Part shown: piece by piece, positions 48,954 to 59,138 of the stretch
Layout of the letters: each line of letters opens with the position of its first letter
How positions within the stretch are numbered: the first letter of the stretch is position 1
Source of the DNA: an uncultured Phycisphaerales bacterium
Lineage (GTDB): Bacteria > Planctomycetota > Phycisphaerae > Tepidisphaerales > Tepidisphaeraceae
Assembly (NCBI GenBank): GCA_963755915.1
Contig: CAVWLP010000002.1
Coordinates: 3,360,001-3,424,000, forward strand
DNA length: 64,000 bases
Direction: 5' to 3'
Translations under genes and position numbers: made by a program
The notes under the pieces: generated by a model
Told to the model about the DNA's origin: nothing
Seen by the model: only the letters and a program-made list of their open reading frames with translations
Databases searched by the model: none

Positions 48954-51038
48954 ATGAAAATCACGCGCAGAACAATGCTGATGGGGGCGGTGCTCGCCGG
49001 TGGGGAAGTGCTGGGACTTGGGCCGCTGGCGCGAATTGCGCGAGGATCTACCGCCTCGATCGACCGTAAGTCGCTGGTGCAGCGGCATAACCCGAATATC
49101 ACAAAATTCGACCCGTTCAGCGCGCTGACGGTGGGCAATGGGTCGTTTGCGTTTACGGCGGATGTCACTGGCCTGCAGACGTTTTATGAGCAGTGCCGGA
49201 CCGATTTTCCGCTTTGCACGGGGGCACATTGGGCATGGCATGCGACGCCAGCGCCGCCGGGCGTAAATCCGAAAGATTACCGGTACAAAATGTACAATGC
49301 GCATGGGCGTGAGGTCGGCTACGCCACTGACGGCAAGGGACAGGAGCAGTTATACAACTGGCTTCGGGAGAATCCCCATCGGTTACACCTCGGGCGCATT
49401 GCGCTGAATCTGCGGAACGCCGACGGTTCAACCGCCGCTCCCTCGGACATCAGCAACGTCAATCAAACGCTCGATCTCTGGACGGGCATGCTTGACAGCC
49501 GATTCCAGTTTGCGGGGCAATCAATGCGCGTGCAAACAGCGGCGCATCCCAAACTCGATCAACTGGCGGTTCGAATTTCGGGGCCGGCGGATGTTTCGAT
49601 CTCGTTTCCCTACGCGTCGCCGGAAATGGATATGGCGGATTGGGAATCGCCGCAGAAGCATCAATCGGTTTGCACGCGATCTGGAAATCGGGCGGAGATT
49701 TCGCGCACGCTGGATGGGGATAGGTATTATGCGGAGATTGCCTGGACATCGGGCGATTTCACGCAAACGGGGCCGCACGAATTTCATCTGCGGGGCAGCG
49801 GAATTGAATTCGTTGTGCAGTTCAATCCGAGGCAGATTGGCGATGGGATGACTTCGGTCGCAGCGGTTTTCAATGATTCCGCCGACGCGTGGCAATATTT
49901 CTGGTCAAGGGGTGGGGCGATTGATCTCTCGTCATCGAGTGATCCTCGGGCCGCGGAATTGGAGCGGCGGATTGTTCTTTCGCAGTACAACACGGCGCTG
50001 CATTGCGCCGGACCGATGCCGCCGCCGGAATCGGGGTTGATGTTCAATACCTGGTATGGGAAATCGCATTTGGAAATGCACTGGTGGCATGGAGTGCATT
50101 TCGCGGCTTGGAATCGGATCGAACTGCTGGAAAGAAGTCTTGATTATTATCATCGCGTCATGCCTCTTGCGCAGGCGACGGCGCAGAGGCAGGGGTATGC
50201 CGGCGTGCGGTGGCAGAAGATGGTGGGGCTGCTTGGCGTTGATTCGCCTTCGCTGATTGCGCCGTTGCTGATCTGGCAGCAGCCGCACCCGATTTATTAT
50301 GCCGAGCTTTGTTATCGCCATTTGCCTACGCGGGGGACGCTGAGGGATTGGTCGGACATTGTTTTCCAGACCGCGGATTTCATGGCCAGCTATGCGGCGA
50401 TGGATCATGGGAGGTATGTGCTGGGGCCGCCGCTGAAACCTGTGCCGGAAAATACGGATACGACGGCGACGTGCGATCCGGCGTTTGAGCTTGGGTATTG
50501 GCGATTTGGGCTGGCGACCGCACAGAAATGGCGGGCGCGGCTGGATCTTCCTCCGGATCCGAACTGGCAGAATGTTCTCGATCATCTTGCGCCTCTGCCG
50601 CAGGACGATGGGCGGTATCTGATGATGGAAGGGATGACCTACACGTATACGAAGTGGAACTGGGAACATCCGTCGCTGTTGGGGATCTATGGCGTGCAAC
50701 CGGGCGAAGGGGTCGATCGAGAAACAATGCTGCGGACGCTTCAGAAAGTGATGGAAGTGTGGCAGTGGGACCGGTGCTGGGGGTGGGATTTTCCGATGGC
50801 GGCGCTGGCGGCGGCGAAATTAAATCAGCCGGAAATTGCGGTGAAAGCGCTGATGATTGAATCGGTTAAGAATCGGTGGCTGCCGAATGGTCATGTCTAT
50901 CAGCGTCCGAATCTTCCCGCGTATTTGCCCGCGAACGGGGGACTGCTGGCGGCGACGGCGATGATGGCGCAGCTCGACGCATTTCCGCATGATGGTAAGT
51001 GGAACGTGAAGTACGAAGGCCTGGCCCCGCTCCTTTAA
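48954..51038 (+). CDS. Tat-exported six-hairpin glycoside hydrolase (GH65/GH95-like)
   Basis: ITRRTML signal, LTVGNGSFAFTADVTGLQT, WLRENPHRLHLG, WYGKSHLEMHWWH, LIWQQPHPIY, WGWDFPM. Confidence 0.82.
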   Translation: MKITRRTMLMGAVLAGGEVLGLGPLARIARGSTASIDRKSLVQRHNPNITKFDPFSALTVGNGSFAFTADVTGLQTFYEQCRTDFPLCTGAHWAWHATPAPPGVNPKDYRYKMYNAHGREVGYATDGKGQEQLYNWLRENPHRLHLGRIALNLRNADGSTAAPSDISNVNQTLDLWTGMLDSRFQFAGQSMRVQTAAHPKLDQLAVRISGPADVSISFPYASPEMDMADWESPQKHQSVCTRSGNRAEISRTLDGDRYYAEIAWTSGDFTQTGPHEFHLRGSGIEFVVQFNPRQIGDGMTSVAAVFNDSADAWQYFWSRGGAIDLSSSSDPRAAELERRIVLSQYNTALHCAGPMPPPESGLMFNTWYGKSHLEMHWWHGVHFAAWNRIELLERSLDYYHRVMPLAQATAQRQGYAGVRWQKMVGLLGVDSPSLIAPLLIWQQPHPIYYAELCYRHLPTRGTLRDWSDIVFQTADFMASYAAMDHGRYVLGPPLKPVPENTDTTATCDPAFELGYWRFGLATAQKWRARLDLPPDPNWQNVLDHLAPLPQDDGRYLMMEGMTYTYTKWNWEHPSLLGIYGVQPGEGVDRETMLRTLQKVMEVWQWDRCWGWDFPMAALAAAKLNQPEIAVKALMIESVKNRWLPNGHVYQRPNLPAYLPANGGLLAATAMMAQLDAFPHDGKWNVKYEGLAPLL

Positions 51039-51913
51039 ATCCTGATCCAGCTATCGGGGACGATATCTTTCGTGGATATTTTGGGATCGGCGAACCAGAC
51101 TTTGGGGGCGATGACGATTTTGTCGGCGGCCGCGCCCAACCACGCTCCCCACCAACTGAACGTGCTGTTGGCGACAACAAAATGTCGGCAGGCGGACATC
51201 AGGCGGATGTCCTCCCAATCGGCGACGTTGCAGTTGTGGGAAATGAAAACGCGCGGCTCGGGGACGTCGAGATTTTCCCGCGTCCACTGTGGATCGTCGG
51301 AAAAAACAAAGAACGTGGGAGACGCAACCCGCTCGCGAACCAGTTCGATCGCGGCGCGATAGTAATCGAGCCCGCAGGTTCCGATCACTTTATTGATGTG
51401 AAGGTCGGACACATAGTCACCCCGCCTTACGTGGATGCTTACCGCTGTGGATGATGCTATTTGCTCGAGCGATTTGCGGTTTTCCTCGGAAGGGGGCTGG
51501 CGCAGTTGAAGCTCGCGGCGGATAAGGTCGCCGTTGTCGCGAAAATATAATTCGCTCTGGAACCAGCCCTCAAGAAACGTCGTGTTTCGAATCTCGAAGA
51601 CGGATGGATCAAACCCATGCTTTCTTCGGCGAACGACTTGCGGAACGATCCCCGGCACGAATTTGTGAGAGAGACCGGCGATGCGGCGCATGCGCGGGGA
51701 ATCGACAAACCGGCAGAGGGCGCTCTCCATTGCCGTTGCAAACCGCGCTTCGATTTTGAACTTATCGAGGACGACCGGGCGGCTTCGGCCGCGCTGGGTC
51801 TCCCAGGTGTCAAGGACGAGCTGTGCGCCGGATTTGATCGTCAGCGATCTGGCCAGGGCATATTGAAATAGCTGGTTGCCGAGGCCCCCCTCGCAGTGAA
51901 GAAATAGTTTCAT
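51035..51913 (-). CDS. Alpha-1,2-fucosyltransferase, GT11
   Basis: GGLGNQLFQYA, GWFQSELYF, SIHVRRGDY, FVFSDDPQW, ANSTFSWWGAWL. Confidence 0.93.
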   Translation of the reverse strand: MKLFLHCEGGLGNQLFQYALARSLTIKSGAQLVLDTWETQRGRSRPVVLDKFKIEARFATAMESALCRFVDSPRMRRIAGLSHKFVPGIVPQVVRRRKHGFDPSVFEIRNTTFLEGWFQSELYFRDNGDLIRRELQLRQPPSEENRKSLEQIASSTAVSIHVRRGDYVSDLHINKVIGTCGLDYYRAAIELVRERVASPTFFVFSDDPQWTRENLDVPEPRVFISHNCNVADWEDIRLMSACRHFVVANSTFSWWGAWLGAAADKIVIAPKVWFADPKISTKDIVPDSWIRI

Positions 51914-51937
51914 CCGTGAAACTCCTCCGCGGAACGT

Positions 51938-52936
51938 CTATGCCGGCGCCTGGGTTGGCGCGGGGGCAACAGCTTTCATCGCCGGGGGCGGGCCGTGGCC
52001 GCGTTTTCCACGGCGGCTGAGGAGGGCATCCAACAGGGCTCCGAGCAAAATCACTGCGCCCATCACCGCGAAATTCAGGGAGCTGTTGATGCCGAGCAAG
52101 TTCACCAGGTTTTGCAAAACCTGGAGCAGGGCGGTGCCGAGGACTATTCCGAGGATCGATCCCTCGCCGCCGCGCAGGCTGCAACCACCGAGGACGGCGG
52201 CGGCGATCCCGTAGACTTCGTAAAAGTTGGCGTGGGAGCTGGGGACGATGGCGTTGGCGTCGAAGGCCATGGTGATTCCGGAGATCGCGGCCAGGAGCAT
52301 TCCCAGGGCGTAGGCGCTGCCGATGACCAGGTTGGTGTTGATGCCGGAAAAACGGGCGGCTTCCTCGTTTCTTCCGACGGCGAAGAGGTATCTGCCATAG
52401 ACGGAGCGGTGCAGGACGAAATACATGATGATCGCCACGATGATGAGGATAATGAACGAAGTGGGGACGCGATGGATATAGCCAGAGGCCAGAAAGCGCA
52501 GGGAGCCGAAGTTGCTGTCGCCGAAGCCTTTTGTTTCGTCGCCGGCGATGAAGCGGGCGAGACCTCGGTAGAGAAGCAGCCCCGCCAGGGTCACAATGAA
52601 GGGCTGCAACTTTGCTTTGGTCACTAAAGTTCCATGGAATATCCCGAGCATGACGACGCCGGCGATGGCGCAAAACGTTGCCACGGGCCAGGGCCACTGT
52701 TTGTCGACGAGCATGATGGAGAGGCAAACGCCTTGGAGGGCGAAGACTGAGCCGACGGAGAGGTCGATTCCGCCGGTGATGATGATAATGCCCATTCCGA
52801 TGCTGTAGATGCCGAACATGCCGATTTGATGCTCCTGGTTGCGGAGATTGACCTTGGACAAGAATCGGGGATTTTTGAAATCCACTATGGCGCAGACGAT
52901 CAGGAGGAGCAGACCGATGCCAATTTCTTTCTTCAT
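51938..52936 (-). CDS. Sugar ABC transporter permease (RbsC-like)
   Basis: IITGGIDLSVGS, QPFIVTLA, GRYLFAVGRNEEAARFSGI, IAAAVLGGCSL.GG.G. Confidence 0.92.
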   Translation of the reverse strand: MKKEIGIGLLLLIVCAIVDFKNPRFLSKVNLRNQEHQIGMFGIYSIGMGIIIITGGIDLSVGSVFALQGVCLSIMLVDKQWPWPVATFCAIAGVVMLGIFHGTLVTKAKLQPFIVTLAGLLLYRGLARFIAGDETKGFGDSNFGSLRFLASGYIHRVPTSFIILIIVAIIMYFVLHRSVYGRYLFAVGRNEEAARFSGINTNLVIGSAYALGMLLAAISGITMAFDANAIVPSSHANFYEVYGIAAAVLGGCSLRGGEGSILGIVLGTALLQVLQNLVNLLGINSSLNFAVMGAVILLGALLDALLSRRGKRGHGPPPAMKAVAPAPTQAPA

Positions 52937-52982
52937 AAAAATAATCCAACCGACCGCGGCGTTTGCGCGGCAAGGGCTTCGA

Positions 52983-54494
52983 CTAGGCCGCGACCGTTTT
53001 ACCGAACGCCAGGTCCATTATGCGTTGCTCGCTGAAATCTTTGCGGTCGACGAAGCCGGCGATGGCGCCTTCGTGCATGACCGCGATGCGGTCGCTGATT
53101 CCGAGAACTTCCTCGGTATCGCTGGAGACAATGATGACTGCCACGCCGCGATCTGCAAGGCCGCGTAAGAATCGGTAGATTTCGGCCTTGGCGCCGACGT
53201 CGATGCCGCGGGTGGGCTCGTCGACGATCAGGACTTTTGGCTCGAGGGAGAGCCATTTGCCGAGGACGACCTTTTGCTGGGTTCCGCCGCTGAGATTCAT
53301 GACCAGGGTTTCGACTCCGGGGGCGCGGATTCGCAGGGCGTCGATCTGTTTGCGGGCTTCTTTGGCCTCGGCGCGGCGGCTGATGAGCGCTGCAGTCGTG
53401 TATTTCCATAAGCCGGGGAGGGTGATGTTTTCGCGGATGGTCATTTGCGTAATCAGGCCGGTCTTTCGGCGATCCTCGGGGACGAGGAAAATTCCGGCGC
53501 TAATCGCATCGCCTGCGTTGCGAATCCGCAGTCCTTTACCGTCCAAGACGAGCTCTCCTCCGAGCGCTTTGCGGACGCCGAAAATCGTTTCGACCAGTTC
53601 TGATCTGCCGGAGCCGACCAATCCGGCGATTCCGAGAATTTCGCCGCCGGCGGCGTCGAGGCTTACGGTCTCGTGCGGCCAAGCCTCGGTGCAGAGGTCC
53701 CTCACGCGGAATCGCGCCTCGTGGCGGGCGCCGGTTCCGGGGACGTAGAAGCTGCGCAGATCGCGGCCGATCATGAGGCGGACCATGTTGTCATGGGTAA
53801 TCTGATCGCGCGGTAACTCGCCGGCGTTGCGCCCGTCGCGCAATCCCACCACCCGGTCGGCAATCTGGGAAATCTCGCCGAGGCGGTGGGAAATATAGAT
53901 GACGGTGACGCCCTGGCCGCGGAGTTCTTTCACCGTTTGAAGAAGGCGGGTTGTCTCGGTGGCGGTGAGGGAACTGGTGGGCTCGTCGAGGACGAGGATC
54001 CGCGCGTTCTGGGAAAGCGCCTTGGCGATCTCGATGAGTTGCTGCTGGGCAATGGAAAGATTTTTTACCAGGGTTCGCGGATCGATGTCCAAACCCAGGC
54101 GTTTCAGCGGGGGCTTGCTGTCGGCGACGATTTTTTTGCGGTCGATCAGCTTCAGCGGCCCGCCCCAAAGTGGCTCGCGGCCGATGAAAATGTTGGCGGC
54201 AACCTCCAGGTTTTCGAGGTTGTTTAATTCCTGGTGGACGAAGCCGATGCCCAGCTTCACCGCATCGGCGACGGAGCGGATGACGACAGTTTGGCCGTCG
54301 ATGACGATCTTGCCCTCGTCGGGCTGGTGAATCCCCCCCAGGATTTTCATGAGGGTGCTTTTGCCGGCGCCGTTTTCGCCGATCAGGGCGACGACCTCGC
54401 CGCGCCCGACCTCGAGCGAGACATTTTCGAGCGCCACCACCCCCGGAAACCGCTTACAGATTTGCTGGAGTTGGAGAATCGGCTCGCCGGTCAT
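52983..54494 (-). CDS. Sugar ABC transporter ATP-binding protein (RbsA-like)
   Basis: [49 protein letters not shown]. Confidence 0.95.
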   Translation of the reverse strand: MTGEPILQLQQICKRFPGVVALENVSLEVGRGEVVALIGENGAGKSTLMKILGGIHQPDEGKIVIDGQTVVIRSVADAVKLGIGFVHQELNNLENLEVAANIFIGREPLWGGPLKLIDRKKIVADSKPPLKRLGLDIDPRTLVKNLSIAQQQLIEIAKALSQNARILVLDEPTSSLTATETTRLLQTVKELRGQGVTVIYISHRLGEISQIADRVVGLRDGRNAGELPRDQITHDNMVRLMIGRDLRSFYVPGTGARHEARFRVRDLCTEAWPHETVSLDAAGGEILGIAGLVGSGRSELVETIFGVRKALGGELVLDGKGLRIRNAGDAISAGIFLVPEDRRKTGLITQMTIRENITLPGLWKYTTAALISRRAEAKEARKQIDALRIRAPGVETLVMNLSGGTQQKVVLGKWLSLEPKVLIVDEPTRGIDVGAKAEIYRFLRGLADRGVAVIIVSSDTEEVLGISDRIAVMHEGAIAGFVDRKDFSEQRIMDLAFGKTVAA

Positions 54495-54509
54495 TCATTT
54501 CCCCGCAAC

Positions 54510-55472
54510 TTATTTCCCGAGCAATTTGTTCTGCTGCGCAATGAAGTCATCGACGTTGTCTTTCTTGATCGCCAGCGTCGGAATGAAAATCTGCTTGCTG
54601 GCCGGAACCACCGAGCTATCACCGTTAATTACCTTCGCGAGGTTCAGCATGGAGAGCCTGCCAAATTCGAACGGCTGCTGGACGACGGTGGCGTAGATGT
54701 CGCCGCTCTTGATTCCGGCGAGGGTTTCCGCGTCGGAATCGAAGCAGACGATTTTGACCTGCCCGGCTTTGCCGGCGTCCCTGACGGCTCCGAGGATGGC
54801 GGGGCCATTGTAGCTCCAGAGGCCGACCAGGGCGGAGATGTCGGGATATTTCACCAGGGTGTCCTGGGCGTTGGCCTTGGCGCGGACGGCGTCGGTATCG
54901 TCGGTGCGAATGTCGATGATCTGGACGTTGGAGCCGTCGAGCGCCTCGCGGATACCGGCGATGCGGTCCTTGGCGTTTTGGGCGTCGAGCTTTCCGACGA
55001 AGAGCATGATTTTCCCGCCGCTGGGAAGGGCCTCTTTGATCAGGCCACCGGCCTGTTTGCCGGCGTCTTCGTTGTTGGTGCCGATGTAGCAGGCGCGCTG
55101 GGAATTGGGGGCGTCGCTGTCGCTGCAGAAGACGGTGATCTGCTGGGCGGCGTCGTTGAGCATTGGGGTTTCGTTCGATGGGTCGACGGGGCTGATGGCC
55201 ATGCCGTCAATTCCGCGGGCCAGCAGGTCATCGACGACGCGTTTCTGGCCACCCGCGCTGGGGTCTCCCAGCATCTGAAAATCGACGTCGATGTCGGGAT
55301 TTTCCTCGGCGGCCTTCATGCAACCGGCTCGGCAGATGGTCCAGAAATCGGCGGCGTTGTTGGTGACGAACGCCAGCTTCACCTTCTTCGCCTGCGCGGT
55401 GCTAACCCACGGCGCGAGGGCGAATGCAAGGGTGGCCGCCAGCGCTATGCAAAGAAATCTTTTGGCAGACAT
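54510..55472 (-). CDS. Sugar ABC transporter substrate-binding protein
   Basis: Signal peptide, AFVTNNAADFW, DSDAP, YIGTNN, VGLWSYNGP, VVQQPFEFG. Confidence 0.92.
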   Translation of the reverse strand: MSAKRFLCIALAATLAFALAPWVSTAQAKKVKLAFVTNNAADFWTICRAGCMKAAEENPDIDVDFQMLGDPSAGGQKRVVDDLLARGIDGMAISPVDPSNETPMLNDAAQQITVFCSDSDAPNSQRACYIGTNNEDAGKQAGGLIKEALPSGGKIMLFVGKLDAQNAKDRIAGIREALDGSNVQIIDIRTDDTDAVRAKANAQDTLVKYPDISALVGLWSYNGPAILGAVRDAGKAGQVKIVCFDSDAETLAGIKSGDIYATVVQQPFEFGRLSMLNLAKVINGDSSVVPASKQIFIPTLAIKKDNVDDFIAQQNKLLGK

Positions 55473-55527
55473 GCTCGCTCCTTCCGCAAAACCGGCAAGT
55501 TGTGCGGAGAGCTATAATATCTTCCCG

Positions 55528-57414
55528 CTATTGAAGTTCCAGCCTCAGGTAGTCGTAAATAATCCCCGAATAAAGCAGGCCGGAGGGAATGGTGAGGGTC
55601 ATTACATTGTCGCCTGCGCACATCATGGCGGCGTCGAAGTTGAGGTCTTTCTCAACCCAGTATCCACCGATGCCGTCGCGGTTGAGGGTGGCATTATACA
55701 TCAGGCCCATGATCGTTCCGACCGGCTTTCCGTTGACGCCGACGGCGATGCTGCGCACTCCCACGCCGCAGATTCCCAGCCGCAAAATCGCCCGGCCGCT
55801 GAGCGCCGTGGGGAGATTGAATCGAATGGTCCAGGTTGTGGAGCGGCCGACGCTTCTGCCGTCGCCCTTGTCGTTGACGGCGTGGGGTACCTGCTCGAAA
55901 TACCAATCCTTGTGGTAATCGCTGACGCCGATCGTAAAATTCACGTCATTGGGAAAGAGCTGGGCATATTGAAGGTACATTCCCCAGTGAAAATATTGAT
56001 CGCCCTTAAAGAACTCGCGGCCGGTTCGATTCGGGGTGCCGATGTCCCAAATCTGGCGGCCATAGCGCACGGGCTTCCAGGTCATTGATCCGAGGTCCAC
56101 GGTGAATCCCGGATAGACCCGGATGTTTCCCTTCGCAAATTCGCCGAGAATTCCGTCGGCGATTGCGTGCAGCTCGTAGTTGCCTGGCCGGACCTTGGGA
56201 ATCGTGAATGTTCCATCGGCGTTGCCGTGGATCCAGAACTCATAATGCTTGGCGTCGTTCTGCCAGTTCAGGGGGGCATCGAAGCGACGAGAGCCGGAAG
56301 AGGAAGAATCGGGATATGCCAGCCCCACGAGCAGATTCTGAAACGGCGCGATCGGGCGCGGGGCAAGCGGATCGTTGACCTCGAGTTTTCCCTCGACAGT
56401 GCCGCGCTGGGCGGCCTGTGGGTAATCGGCGCCCTGCACCCATTCGTAGGGCCACTTGTGGGCCTCCTTGTCGGCCTGGGCGAGCGCGTCCTTGAACATG
56501 GCATCGGGTGTGGGGGCGGAGTTGACGTAGATGAACATCGGGCCGACGACCTTCTGCCATTGTTCGCCCGCGTTGACGAAGCACATGCTGCCGCCGTAGT
56601 GGGAGCCGCGCCAGTAATTGAGGAGGGTTGGGTCGCCGCCGGCGCCGTCGTCGAGGTGGCCGGTCAGTTCATATTTGGTGGCGCCGCCGCTGAGGTATTC
56701 GGTGCTTGGGTTGATGAAATAGAAGCCGATATGGCGGGTTGTGCTCGACCATCCGAAGGCGGGAGTGTCGATTTGATAAGCGGAGTAATCGTATTTGTGC
56801 TCGGGCCGGCCGGCATAAATTCCGGTGGTGAGGCGGCGGGCTTCTTTCATGTTCAGCGGGGTGCCGCGGTCCCAGTCGTAGCCGGTGGCCATTTTGTGAT
56901 TTCGGTCGGCATCGATCGAAAGCCAGTCGAAGACCTGTCCGCTGAGCTTCACGCCAAAGCGGCTCTCGCCAATTCCGCCGGCGGGGTCGGCGGCTGAATG
57001 GGTGAAGATCGCATAGGAATAGATTCCCTGGTCGTCGCGGCCGAGGGAGTAGCGCTCGTCGAGTTGGAAATTGCCGAACCATCCCTTGGTGGAAACTTCG
57101 GCCCGCTCGCCGCGGTTTGTTTTCGGATCGATGGTGACGGAGGGCGTGGCGGGGCGCGGCATCTGCTCCCAATATCCGGCATGGTGCCCCGAGACGTAGC
57201 CCATGGTCTCGACGCCTTTGTATTTGAGCGACCAGAGTTCCCCGGTGCGCATGCCGACCTGGGCGGTAACATAGCCGTTGCTGAGGATGTAATACTGGCC
57301 GTCGTTGGAAAGCTTGACCGAAGGTTCATCCGCCAGCGTGGGGGAACAGTTTGGGGATGATAAAAGGTTCAGGACGAGCGACCCCAGCGCGATCGACAAA
57401 AACACGCGCCCCAT
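55528..57414 (-). CDS. Rhamnogalacturonan lyase, PL4-like
   Basis: Signal peptide after GAGG RBS, EHKYDYSAY, INPSTEYLSGG, GSHYGG, WQKVVGP, KWPYEW, IWDIGTPNRTGREF, GIIYDYLRLE. Confidence 0.85.
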   Translation of the reverse strand: MGRVFLSIALGSLVLNLLSSPNCSPTLADEPSVKLSNDGQYYILSNGYVTAQVGMRTGELWSLKYKGVETMGYVSGHHAGYWEQMPRPATPSVTIDPKTNRGERAEVSTKGWFGNFQLDERYSLGRDDQGIYSYAIFTHSAADPAGGIGESRFGVKLSGQVFDWLSIDADRNHKMATGYDWDRGTPLNMKEARRLTTGIYAGRPEHKYDYSAYQIDTPAFGWSSTTRHIGFYFINPSTEYLSGGATKYELTGHLDDGAGGDPTLLNYWRGSHYGGSMCFVNAGEQWQKVVGPMFIYVNSAPTPDAMFKDALAQADKEAHKWPYEWVQGADYPQAAQRGTVEGKLEVNDPLAPRPIAPFQNLLVGLAYPDSSSSGSRRFDAPLNWQNDAKHYEFWIHGNADGTFTIPKVRPGNYELHAIADGILGEFAKGNIRVYPGFTVDLGSMTWKPVRYGRQIWDIGTPNRTGREFFKGDQYFHWGMYLQYAQLFPNDVNFTIGVSDYHKDWYFEQVPHAVNDKGDGRSVGRSTTWTIRFNLPTALSGRAILRLGICGVGVRSIAVGVNGKPVGTIMGLMYNATLNRDGIGGYWVEKDLNFDAAMMCAGDNVMTLTIPSGLLYSGIIYDYLRLELQ

Positions 57415-57440
57415 GTTTGATTCCTCCGCCAACCCAGTGA

Positions 57441-58733
57441 CTAACTTTTCACGGCCGCGACGCGTCGGGCGGCTTTGGAAGGTTGCAATATCGTCAGTTT
57501 TCCGTCGCCGGCGCTGGCGCCGGGGACACTGGCGCGGCGCAGTGGGTGAACCTTGACCGGTTTGCCGGGCGCCGACCAGGGAATATTCAGTTCGCTGGGG
57601 AGCTTCGATTGCTCGTAGCACTTGTCGAGGCAGACATCCAGATCGCGCACCCAGGTTTTGTGCTCGCCCGGTTCTCCCTCGGTTACCACGACTTCGGGGG
57701 GAAATTGGACGATGTCGGGCCTGGAAAGCTGGGCGGCGTAGATGCACGCGGTCTGGGCGCCGGCAGCTTCGGGTCCGCAAACGACCGGGCGATTGGCGCG
57801 GATCGATTCGAGCATGTCGAAGAGTTTTTGGGGTGAATCCGCCGAGGCGGGGGAGCCGTAGTCGATCTTTGTGCCATCGGGGCGCTGGGCGTAAATCCTG
57901 TCGCCGATTTTTCCACCGTAATGAATCGTACCTTTTTCGAATTCGTAGCTGAAGAATGGATCGCGTTGAAAGCGGGTTGCGTGGGAGGCGAAGAACATGA
58001 CTTCGACGCCGCGATCGGTGAAACAGCGCAGGGCGATGGTGTCGTAATTTTCGATTGGGTTGGCGCGATAGAGTTCCGCTTCGACGGTTGCGGGCCAGGC
58101 GCTGCGGTCGGGGGCGTCGCCAAGGACGTAGAACATATTGTGCAAGTGATGGGCGCAGGCGTTGTTGGCGGGGCTGTCGAGTACGAGGCGGCCTTCAGTG
58201 TCGCGCTGGCGGCCGGCCCAATAGCTTCGGCTGTAATATTTTTCGTGGCGCGGCCAATAGACGCGGGTGCGAAGCCGCTTGGCGCGGCCAAACCGGCCGG
58301 AGGCGATATCGCTTTTTAAGGATTGAATGGCTGGGGAATAGGACCACTGATACCCAATGGCGAGCCAGCGCCCGGATTTGTCGCGGGCCTCCACCATCTG
58401 GGCGACCTGATCGGGGTGCGAGCCCAGCGGTTTCTCGCACAGGACGTGCGACCCTTTGCTCAGGGCGAGGCAGGCCTGGTCGCAGTGCAATTGCAGGGGC
58501 GTTGCCAGCACGACCAGTTCGGCATGAGCGCTGGCGTAAAATTCTTCCAGGCTTTTGAAAATCGGGATGCCCAGCTGGCTCACCTCGGCGAGGCGCTGGC
58601 ACGCCTCCGGCCAGGGGTCGATGCCTGCGACGAATTGGATGCCGGATGCCGGTTCGGCGCCGAGCAATGCGTTGAGATAAATGTGCCCGTAACCTCCCAA
58701 ACCGACGAGTGCTACGGAGTTTACGCCTTCCAT
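57441..58733 (-). CDS. Gfo/Idh/MocA family oxidoreductase
   Basis: VALVGLGGYG, HVLCEKP, IGYQWS, LDSPANNACAHHLHN. Confidence 0.88.
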   Translation of the reverse strand: MEGVNSVALVGLGGYGHIYLNALLGAEPASGIQFVAGIDPWPEACQRLAEVSQLGIPIFKSLEEFYASAHAELVVLATPLQLHCDQACLALSKGSHVLCEKPLGSHPDQVAQMVEARDKSGRWLAIGYQWSYSPAIQSLKSDIASGRFGRAKRLRTRVYWPRHEKYYSRSYWAGRQRDTEGRLVLDSPANNACAHHLHNMFYVLGDAPDRSAWPATVEAELYRANPIENYDTIALRCFTDRGVEVMFFASHATRFQRDPFFSYEFEKGTIHYGGKIGDRIYAQRPDGTKIDYGSPASADSPQKLFDMLESIRANRPVVCGPEAAGAQTACIYAAQLSRPDIVQFPPEVVVTEGEPGEHKTWVRDLDVCLDKCYEQSKLPSELNIPWSAPGKPVKVHPLRRASVPGASAGDGKLTILQPSKAARRVAAVKS

Positions 58734-59138
58734 CAGAATAGGCTCCCGATCAAATCCCGACCCGCGCAATCAGTGACTCGCCCGTTAAGTGAGCGAATCA
58801 ATTACAACTTTGCACGGTAATTCCCGACAAACCCATTACGGTCGATAAGACCCGCACCACAGTATAACCAATGCGACCTTGGGTTGTCACCTTGAAATGG
58901 GAATTTCTATGTAAATTGCAAAAGCAGGCGAGGGAGCAGGCTCTACGGCAGCTTTTCGGTTTGCTTTGCTGACCAAGGCGTACCCAATTATCGCTGGAAA
59001 CGGGGATTAAGAATCGCATGAAGCTCTGGTCAGCAAAATGCCCAGATTAGCAGTCGTGTTGTCCTAACTCTCCGTGGTTGCCAGACGCGCGGGGCCGCAG
59101 TAGATTAAGCAAACGGTTTTTTCATCGATTTTCATGAA

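Noticed and set aside
349-55517. Long antisense and alternate-frame ORFs (e.g. 349-1332, 8032-9054, 47052-48812, 54234-55517)
   Set aside because: These are shadow ORFs of high-GC genes with no recognisable motifs.
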